Source: a virus
Lineage: Duplodnaviria; Caudoviricetes
Reading direction: 5' to 3' (one strand)
DNA length: 29,727 nucleotides
Virus record (IMG/VR): IMGVR_UViG_3300011335_000409
Location: 1-29,727 of that record
A program made the position numbers and the translations under genes. Of this stretch, positions 1 to 6,851 are shown piece after piece (within the stretch, counting starts at the first letter, position 1; each line of letters starts with the position of its first letter). The notes beneath the pieces were generated by a model, which did not search any database, had not been told where the DNA came from, and saw nothing but the letters and a program-made list of their open reading frames with translations.

Positions 1-251
1 ACAAAAGTGAAGAGGAGAAGGAACTTATGAAAGTAAGTAAGGAAAGCGGAAAGGTAACTGGCGAAAAAAGAAAAGTTCTTGGTCAACTCAAAGGAATAAT
101 GCAAGGCGGTAAGGCGGTATCACTTCGCCATTGCGTTGGATGTGTCAACAAGTTAGTGGATGAGTTAGGTCATCAACTTAAAAGAGAGGAATCGGAGTTA
201 ATCACCGAACCCATCACCGAATCAATCACCGAACCACAACCCAAGAAACGT
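1..251. repeat. Left copy of a 251-bp terminal duplication (circular assembly overlap)
   Basis: Matches 29477-29727 with 9 mismatches (positions 7,16,29,37,66,69,71,101,139), all G/T or A/C and concentrated toward the contig start. Confidence 0.95.
201..236 (+). repeat. Three tandem 12-bp units ATCACCGAAnnn encoding ITEP-ITES-ITEP
   Basis: atcaccgaaccc atcaccgaatca atcaccgaacca. Confidence 0.85.
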
Positions 252-271
252 GGACGAAGAAAACGAGCACA

Positions 272-460
272 ATGATGAGCCTTCTACATTTTTGTTTTAT
301 TGTGTATGGCACGATAGGATTACTACTTTTTGGATTTATCATAATACAGATGCGATTAAGATGGATTCCTTTTTCAATTGAAAACTTTTTAGGTGCGTTT
401 ACCGCTTCTATCCTTTGGCTCTATGTATTGATAAAGACATTGTTGAACAAAAGTGAATAA
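272..460 (+). CDS. Small membrane protein with two hydrophobic segments
   Basis: 62-aa ORF overlapping the upstream stop (ATGA). Confidence 0.7.
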   Translation: MMSLLHFCFIVYGTIGLLLFGFIIIQMRLRWIPFSIENFLGAFTASILWLYVLIKTLLNKSE

Positions 461-499
461 CTACTCTTTGTAATTTGAGGCAACCATTGTTTTTTATTG

Positions 500-507
500 C
501 ATCTTTG
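500..507 (+). promoter_or_regulatory. Possible Bacteroidota -7 promoter element (CATCTTTG) with TTTG at 474-477
   Basis: One mismatch to TAnnTTTG; lies directly before the structured tract. Confidence 0.4.
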
Positions 508-510
508 TAG

Positions 511-844
511 TGTTGAGTGGTTGATGATATGTCCCCCTTTCGTTATAACCCTCAACAAGTTACTACGATTGGGGGATTCTTTTTAATGACGGTGCGAATA
601 CGCTTGGTTAAAAGGAATAGCGTTACAAGGGGATGATGGCACAGCGCAGCGGTAGCATAAAGGACAAAGCCGTAAGACCATCACACGAGCCGAAAATCGT
701 GTTAAAGTAGTGTCCAGGTCAAAGGTCATCGGTGACACTTTGAAACTTGAAGGTGAAAGAACTCATTCGACTGAATGATAATTAACACTTAAGAGAGGAT
801 GACAACTGATGTTAAAGTCAGTTAGGATATTCTCATTCTCTCTT
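511..844 (+). ncRNA. Candidate large structured non-coding RNA, family unknown
   Basis: No ORF of 60 aa or more; at least 8 helices tile the region, plus two pseudoknot pairings (see findings). Confidence 0.65.
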
Positions 845-881
845 GGTTCAGAATCTATTCTCTTGAATAATAATTATTACT

Positions 882-889
882 TATATTTG
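882..889 (+). promoter_or_regulatory. Bacteroidota housekeeping-sigma -7 element TATATTTG
   Basis: Exact TAnnTTTG match 20 nt before the ATG at 910. Confidence 0.65.
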
Positions 890-909
890 TAATAGATAAC
901 AATATCAAT

Positions 910-1266
910 ATGATAATACTACCTGCTCAAATTGAATCAATTAAAAGTCGTAAGGATAGAACGACTGCAATCGTATTGGGTACAAATGAACTTACTCCAG
1001 ATAAGGCAGGGCAAATCTTCTCGCTTCAAAATTCGTTTGTTTACGTTGCTCTAAAAGAAGAAGAATTTGCGTCTAAAGAGAAAGAGATAATAGATGACCT
1101 TAAAGCGGACTTTGAGATTGATAGGAAAAGTAATGGTCAACGATTAAGGAACGTGATGTATAAGCTATGGGAACAAGACAAAGAAGGGTTCTTGACCTTT
1201 GCCAAGTATTATGACCATAAGATGGAGCAGTTGATAAATCACTTTAAAAGTAAGTTAGAATTGTAA
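910..1266 (+). CDS. Phage hypothetical protein
   Basis: 118-aa ORF with an upstream promoter and a natural amino-acid composition. Confidence 0.8.
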   Translation: MIILPAQIESIKSRKDRTTAIVLGTNELTPDKAGQIFSLQNSFVYVALKEEEFASKEKEIIDDLKADFEIDRKSNGQRLRNVMYKLWEQDKEGFLTFAKYYDHKMEQLINHFKSKLEL

Positions 1267-1287
1267 GTATCAATAAATTACAACATT

Positions 1288-1578
1288 ATGCCATTTGAGA
1301 AAGGTAAATCGGGCAACCCTAAAGGTAAACCGCAAGGTGCTAAAGGAGTTAAGACACTTCAATGGGAGGCACTTGGCGAATCCATCACAGGACAACAAGC
1401 GGAGAAGTTCAATGCGTTCTTGGATAAACTTTGGAGCAGTCGCAATGATGAGGATAAGATGATAGCATCCGAGTTGTATTTAAAAACACTTGAGTATTTC
1501 AAACCTAAACAGGCAAGACAAACGATAGTGGGTGAAGGTGATGCGCCAGTACAAATTGTAATTAGTGACAAGTTGTGA
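1288..1578 (+). CDS. Terminase small subunit-like protein (DUF5681-like N-terminus)
   Basis: N-terminal FEKGKSGNPKGKP motif and a C-terminal beta-strand tail (QTIVGEGDAPVQIVI), both typical of TerS-like proteins. Confidence 0.6.
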   Translation: MPFEKGKSGNPKGKPQGAKGVKTLQWEALGESITGQQAEKFNAFLDKLWSSRNDEDKMIASELYLKTLEYFKPKQARQTIVGEGDAPVQIVISDKL

Positions 1579-1802
1579 AGAAGTGTTTTAGTTGCGGTTG
1601 GAAGTTGCCATTGTTCTTATTTAGCAAAAGCCAAATGAAGTACCAACGACCAAGCGACAAAGGTAGGTTGAAGTGTTGTAGGGTGTGTACTTATCGCAGA
1701 TGGGTCAAAGACGGTGAGGCTTGGTTGTACGACTTTAGTATAGGTAAGTTTCAAAAGGTTGTGTTTAAAAGCAAATTAGAAATATTAAAAAGAGTATTAT
1801 GA
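1575..1802 (+). CDS. Small Zn-finger-like protein
   Basis: CFSC...CRVC; GTG start overlaps the upstream stop. Confidence 0.65.
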   Translation: MKKCFSCGWKLPLFLFSKSQMKYQRPSDKGRLKCCRVCTYRRWVKDGEAWLYDFSIGKFQKVVFKSKLEILKRVL

Positions 1803-1972
1803 ACGAAGCAAGAAATGAAAATATGCACCACACATACAGGCTATGTGTGATGTTTGGGATGTGGTTACAACAACCAACCCAAAGAAAGAGATTAAAGAAC
1901 ACCGAAATGACCACCCTATTCCAGGAGTGGATTGAACTTTTAAGTCAGCAGTTGGACAATGGCGAAGATTAA
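1799..1972 (+). CDS. Hypothetical 57-aa protein (below ORF-track cutoff)
   Basis: ATGA overlap with the upstream gene; MNEARNENMHHTYRLCVMFGMW...DNGED*; fills the gap. Confidence 0.55.
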   Translation: MNEARNENMHHTYRLCVMFGMWLQQPTQRKRLKNTEMTTLFQEWIELLSQQLDNGED

Positions 1973-2540
1973 ATTAGAGAAGGATTACTCAAAGGTCACC
2001 GTTAAGCAATACGTTGACTTTATTACCAACGAAGGAAACGACATTGGGCAAGTATCTGCTATCTTAAGAATCAATAAAGACGATGCGCGTAACTTATCAC
2101 CCGAAACCATTGGAGAGGTTATAGCCTTTTTCAAAGAAACCATAGACGAACCGAAAGCGGAACATCAGCACAAATGGAAGGGTTATGGTTTTGTACCAGA
2201 CATTAACAAGATTTCGTTTGGTGAGTGGTTAGACCTGGAGAGTAATTGCAAGGACTTTCCCAAACATTTAACAAAGATTCTTGCAATCCTTTACCGACCA
2301 ATTAGTTCCGAGATTGGCACGAAGTACAAAATTGAGCCATACACCGCAGAACATTTAACCAACTGCGATGACTTCAACGATATGCCGTTATCAGTTGCCA
2401 ATGGTGCGCTTGTTTTTTTTTCGAATATCGAAAACGAATTACTGAATCGTTCCCTCGAGTTTTTAGATACAACGATGACGAAGGAGATGATGAAGGCGAT
2501 TCAGATGATGGAGGAAGCTCTCAAGCAACAAGCGACTTGA
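1959..2540 (+). CDS. Putative tail assembly chaperone (G-like, zero-frame product)
   Basis: 193 aa; T9 slippery run at 2413-2421 followed by an open -1 frame. Confidence 0.65.
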   Translation: MAKIKLEKDYSKVTVKQYVDFITNEGNDIGQVSAILRINKDDARNLSPETIGEVIAFFKETIDEPKAEHQHKWKGYGFVPDINKISFGEWLDLESNCKDFPKHLTKILAILYRPISSEIGTKYKIEPYTAEHLTNCDDFNDMPLSVANGALVFFSNIENELLNRSLEFLDTTMTKEMMKAIQMMEEALKQQAT

Positions 2541-2698
2541 GTGAGCGGTACGGATGGTTTCACGTTATAGAAGAGTTAGCAGATAGGGATATCACCAAGT
2601 TCGACCAAGTAACCGAAACCCAAGCCTCAACTATCTTCGCTCATTTGAGTTATAGGATTGATTACTTTTCTTTTCAGAAACAACTCCTAAAAAAGTAA
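2420..2698 (+). CDS. -1 frame extension of the tail chaperone (GT-like product, ~246 aa in total)
   Basis: The -1 frame is open from 2372 to TAA 2696-2698 and has no ATG. It reads FEYRKRITESFPRVF...ERYGWFHVIEELADRDITKF...LLKK. Confidence 0.75.
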   Translation, partial: FEYRKRITESFPRVFRYNDDEGDDEGDSDDGGSSQATSDLSERYGWFHVIEELADRDITKFDQVTETQASTIFAHLSYRIDYFSFQKQLLKK

Positions 2699-2719
2699 CC
2701 TTTAGCGTCTTTGTAATAT

Positions 2720-3193
2720 ATGGCAACTGCAAGTTCACTTTACACCTATAACGTAGTAGTAAGCAAGTTTCAGCAATTCGCTGAACAACACGCTTTAATA
2801 AGACGATTCACCCACGGACAAATCGCACAGGCTGATTTAGAAAAGGAAACCGAATACCCTTGGATGCACGTTACACCAACGGGCATAAGTTTCGATAAAG
2901 GACAACTATCTTACACATTCGATGTGTTCTTTGCTGACTTGCCACGTGATAAGGATGAAAAGACGGAATACCAAAAACAAGCAATTAGTGATTGCATCTT
3001 ATTGGCTTCCGATTTCGTTAATATGTTGGAGTTAGGTCACATCTTTGACGAATCAGTTGTATTGACAACACCAATAAGCGGTAGTCCTTTCGTGGAAGAA
3101 TTTAGCCACGTGTTAACTGGGGTTCAGTTGTCTATTGAGTTGGCGGTTGATTACACTTGGAACGCTTGTGAAATTCCATACATTGGGGACTAA
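2720..3193 (+). CDS. Virion structural protein, possibly tail terminator/completion
   Basis: 157 aa, acidic and beta-rich; size and position fit. Confidence 0.5.
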   Translation: MATASSLYTYNVVVSKFQQFAEQHALIRRFTHGQIAQADLEKETEYPWMHVTPTGISFDKGQLSYTFDVFFADLPRDKDEKTEYQKQAISDCILLASDFVNMLELGHIFDESVVLTTPISGSPFVEEFSHVLTGVQLSIELAVDYTWNACEIPYIGD

Positions 3194-4311
3194 TGGCAAA
3201 GAAGGTACAATATACAACTAATGATCCAAGCGCATCCACTGATTACTTGGCTGCTGATAACACTTGGAAGCCAATGTCGGGCGGTGGTGGTGGAGTTCCC
3301 ACAACGCGAACTTTGACTATCAACGGAACAACGCAAGACCTTTCGGCGGATAGAACGTGGACGGTTGGGGATATGTTACAATCCGTTTATGATACCGATG
3401 TTGATGGGGTTGTGGATAGCGCTGAACGAATTGAAATAGTTGTAAGAAATAGTACAGGTTCAACACTAACCAAAGGTCAAATTGTTTATTTAAGCGGTGC
3501 AACTGGCAACCGACCTAACGCGGTACTTGCCCAAGCGAATAGCGAAGCCACATCTTCAAAGACGATTGGGATGGTGACGGCTAATATCGCAAATAACGCT
3601 GATGGATATGTAGCAGTAAACGGAACACTTCACGACATTGATACTTCTGCATTTACTGCGGGTGATATGTTGTGGTTAAGTGCAACAACTCCGGGTGGAG
3701 TGGTAGCAAATACACCACCTGCTGAACCCAATCACACGGTCTTTATTGGTTATGTGGCAAGGGTTCACCCAACACAAGGAAGGGTTGTTTTGGCTATTCA
3801 AAATGGTTATGAGTTGGGAGAGTTACACGGAGTTGAAATAACAACCCCAAGTAATGGTCAAGTGTTGTCGTATAATTCAACGAGCGGATTGTGGGAAAAT
3901 ACAACTCCTACAACTCCATCATCCGTACAAACATTTGGATTTCAACTTGCCAACACAATAGCGTTAAGTGCCACAACTTGGGTGGGTGTAGGTTTGAATA
4001 ATGGCTCAAACGAATCAACGGCAACTTATATTATGCCTGTGGCTTGCACATTAAGCCATATGTATACAATGCATTATAATACAACACAACCTGCATCTGG
4101 CAGTCAAGTGTTCACGGTTCGCAAGAATGGTGTAGATACTGCGTTATCTATTACTATTGCGGCGGGTAGCGTTCCAACTACAACACCTTATTCGAATACG
4201 GCTAACTCGGTTACGTTTTCAGTTGGTGACAAGTTAAGTATTAGAAGAACTAACAACGCGGTGGCAATAGGTGGGGCGGTTAACGGCTTATCATTTAAGA
4301 TGACAATATGA
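3193..4311 (+). CDS. Fibre/appendage-like structural protein
   Basis: Thr/Gly/Ser/Asn-rich and modular, with fibre-like linkers (TRTLTINGTTQDLSADRTW; NGQVLSYNSTSGLWEN). Confidence 0.65.
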   Translation: MAKKVQYTTNDPSASTDYLAADNTWKPMSGGGGGVPTTRTLTINGTTQDLSADRTWTVGDMLQSVYDTDVDGVVDSAERIEIVVRNSTGSTLTKGQIVYLSGATGNRPNAVLAQANSEATSSKTIGMVTANIANNADGYVAVNGTLHDIDTSAFTAGDMLWLSATTPGGVVANTPPAEPNHTVFIGYVARVHPTQGRVVLAIQNGYELGELHGVEITTPSNGQVLSYNSTSGLWENTTPTTPSSVQTFGFQLANTIALSATTWVGVGLNNGSNESTATYIMPVACTLSHMYTMHYNTTQPASGSQVFTVRKNGVDTALSITIAAGSVPTTTPYSNTANSVTFSVGDKLSIRRTNNAVAIGGAVNGLSFKMTI

Positions 4312-4502
4312 GGTATACTATAACACAACAAGAAGGTGTGACAATGATTCACGTGTTGGGTCACAATATCTTTTTCGGGTACGATGATTCATCCGATTAC
4401 GATGGATTTCGCGTTGCATTAGATACCAAAGGAATCGATGCCTTTGTTGATCTATTGATTCAAGATTCAAACACCGCATTTAACACTTTTGTGAATGGCT
4501 AA
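4308..4502 (+). CDS. Small hypothetical protein, possibly fibre-associated
   Basis: 64 aa; overlaps both neighbouring genes. Confidence 0.6.
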   Translation: MRYTITQQEGVTMIHVLGHNIFFGYDDSSDYDGFRVALDTKGIDAFVDLLIQDSNTAFNTFVNG

Positions 4503-5022
4503 TAGTCCTTTAAACGATTTAATCAATCAATTCGGTGCTGATGTTGTCGAAAAGGCAATGCAGAACTTGGGTGCATATCGTACCGTTAAGGGAAAGAAAC
4601 GTAGAGCGGTAGCGAGTGACACTTTACGGAAATCGTTGGCTTATTACTACAACGCTAAAAAAGGGAAGTTAGAGTTCTTTGCGAAAGGTAAAGCGAGTAA
4701 CTACGCTGATGTAGTTGAACAAGGACGAAGGGCAAATTCAAAACGCCCACCTATTGAAGCCATCATTCAATGGATGAAGATAAAACCTATTAGGGTTCGT
4801 TCTTTGGATGGTAAGATAGTGAAGCAAACACCAGAGCGAATTGAAGCGGCTGCTTTCAACATTGCAAGGGCAATAGGTCGTAGGGGTATTCCCCCTCTTT
4901 TCTATTGGCGCGATGCGGTAAATGAGATAGTGGATGAATACGAGCCAAAGTTCGCAGAGGCTTTAGGAAAGGAAATAAAAATTGTAATTGAGGATAACTT
5001 ACAAAAAAGAATTAAAGTATGA
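4495..5022 (+). CDS. Neck/tail-completion protein (HK97 gp10-like)
   Basis: Basic 175-aa protein with SDTLRKSL, YADVVEQGR and GIPPLFYW-type motifs. Confidence 0.55.
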   Translation: MANSPLNDLINQFGADVVEKAMQNLGAYRTVKGKKRRAVASDTLRKSLAYYYNAKKGKLEFFAKGKASNYADVVEQGRRANSKRPPIEAIIQWMKIKPIRVRSLDGKIVKQTPERIEAAAFNIARAIGRRGIPPLFYWRDAVNEIVDEYEPKFAEALGKEIKIVIEDNLQKRIKV

Positions 5023-6842
5023 TAACGACAAAGATAACAGGACTTTCAGCGCAAGGGTCAACCGAGTTGAATGGTCTTGCGTTTAGCAATAACGATGTAG
5101 CAGTTACGATGTATAGCGACAATGTAACTGAACCTGGATTTAAATATGTGTTTAATATCTCCGATTACAACACAGGCAATGATTATAAGTTCTACGTTGC
5201 ACCAAACGCGCAACTCAATGGTGTATTCAATGTTAAGACGTTATTTAATCAGTTGACACTTACGCCAATGGTATATAATACAACAGATGTATTGATGCAT
5301 ATTAGCGCACCGATGAACGCGGTGGAATTAAATGTCAATCAATTTAGAGTACAATGCTATGAAGGTTGGGAGATAGGCGGTGTATTTACCGAGGATGAAA
5401 ACAATATTGTGCAATATGACATAATGAGTGTTTACGGAAGCGGTAAGCAGAACTTCATTGTGATGGGTACTAACGACACGAAGCCTTTGGCATTATCGCA
5501 AATGTACGATAACACTTTAGGGTTCAACGCTGAATCAGTAGCAACGGAATTAAACTTACCATTGACACTTCAAAATGAGGTTATAAATTGGCGCAAGATT
5601 TCACGTTCAAAGGTTACTAATGACGAAAGTTCCGCATATTCAATACTTTCGTTCATAGCGGATGATACTACATTCATAAATGAGAATTATCCGATATTAA
5701 CAATGAATGAATTTTTATTTGAGTTGTATGATGATACAAGTACAATGATTGATTCGTTTACTATTCCATTTACTTTAATGGGTGGTTCGTTGTATCATTT
5801 ACCAACTGGACTTAAAAACCTTGTTAATGGTGGGTATATAGATCAATCAACTGCGGATAGTACGAAGTTTTACACCGTTGTTGGTCAAAATCACGGCGAT
5901 GATGTAACCGCTAAATATGGCTATTGGGTAGACGAGGATTGTAAATACAACCCAGTGCATTTGTATTGGCTTAATCAGTTGGGCGGTTGGGATAGTTTCT
6001 CATTCATCAAAAAAAATGAAAGGTCTATCGATGTAGAACGCAAAAGATACAAGACCTATTTAGGTGACTACAACAACGCGACAACTGACTACCCATTTAG
6101 CACTCAAGCCTTTTCACGTTCATTGACTGAAAGAGAACCGATTGTAAAAACATTCTTAAATTTAACAAGTGATTGGCTTACTGAAAGTGAGTTCCGTTAT
6201 TTAAAAGATTTGTTCCGTTCCAAATCCGTTTGGATGGTTGATGATAACACCGATGGATATTCGGTTGTTCCAGTTGTAGTTGAGGACAACAACTATTTGA
6301 TGCGTAGAGAAAGAAACTCACACAAGTACAACCAAAACATCCGTCTACAAATAGCCAACGAAAACGAAACATTGAATATTACCGCGAGTGAATATCCAAT
6401 TCCTGCTCCTGTTGCTTGTTCTTATTTTAACACTTTTGCAAAGGTTGGCGGTTCAACTACTTTGGTAGTTGGTACAAATGTCGGTAATGCGTGTAACATT
6501 GTTAGCACGGCTTCGGCTTCTGCACGTTACATAACGGTTAGCGTTGCAAATAGTTTAGGAGTAACACCAATCGCAGGACAAGCGTATTATGTAAGTTTGT
6601 CTTATACATCAAACGTACCTACACCAATTAAGAATGGATACATTGATTTGGGTAATGTGGTGACAGGTGGCGGAACACGTACTTCGTTTAATATGCAAAG
6701 TTTTGGAACTCCTATTGTCGCAAGTGGTGTGTGGGGTACGGGTACTGATCCGAATACTTTTTACATCAAACTACCTGCTTGGAGTTCGGGAACTTGGACT
6801 GGTAACATTTATGTAACGGTTGGATTTGGAAATTGTCCTTAA
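5019..6842 (+). CDS. Tail/baseplate structural protein
   Basis: 607 aa, beta-rich, with a WLNQLGGWDSF motif; lies in the tail cluster. Confidence 0.6.
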   Translation: MITTKITGLSAQGSTELNGLAFSNNDVAVTMYSDNVTEPGFKYVFNISDYNTGNDYKFYVAPNAQLNGVFNVKTLFNQLTLTPMVYNTTDVLMHISAPMNAVELNVNQFRVQCYEGWEIGGVFTEDENNIVQYDIMSVYGSGKQNFIVMGTNDTKPLALSQMYDNTLGFNAESVATELNLPLTLQNEVINWRKISRSKVTNDESSAYSILSFIADDTTFINENYPILTMNEFLFELYDDTSTMIDSFTIPFTLMGGSLYHLPTGLKNLVNGGYIDQSTADSTKFYTVVGQNHGDDVTAKYGYWVDEDCKYNPVHLYWLNQLGGWDSFSFIKKNERSIDVERKRYKTYLGDYNNATTDYPFSTQAFSRSLTEREPIVKTFLNLTSDWLTESEFRYLKDLFRSKSVWMVDDNTDGYSVVPVVVEDNNYLMRRERNSHKYNQNIRLQIANENETLNITASEYPIPAPVACSYFNTFAKVGGSTTLVVGTNVGNACNIVSTASASARYITVSVANSLGVTPIAGQAYYVSLSYTSNVPTPIKNGYIDLGNVVTGGGTRTSFNMQSFGTPIVASGVWGTGTDPNTFYIKLPAWSSGTWTGNIYVTVGFGNCP

Positions 6843-6851
6843 TAACAAAGA

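Noticed and set aside
201-236. ATCACCGAA repeats as CRISPR or iterons
   Set aside because: Only three in-frame 12-bp units encoding a low-complexity linker; no spacers.
1-251. Imperfect terminal repeat as a DGR template/variable pair or a biological terminal repeat
   Set aside because: No reverse transcriptase is present. Mismatches are only G/T and A/C, fade away from the contig start, and the 251-nt length equals a common read length. This fits a low-quality read end in an assembly overlap.
27-275. 82-aa ORF as an independent gene
   Set aside because: Its ATG arises from a mismatch at position 29 (ATT in the other copy); it is the C-terminus of the gene starting at 29245.
511-844. tRNA, tmRNA, hammerhead or a canonical group I/II intron
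   Set aside because: I found no cloverleaf or TTCGA arm in tRNA context, no CUGAUGA core, no full P4-P6 domain or group II domain V, and no interrupted gene.
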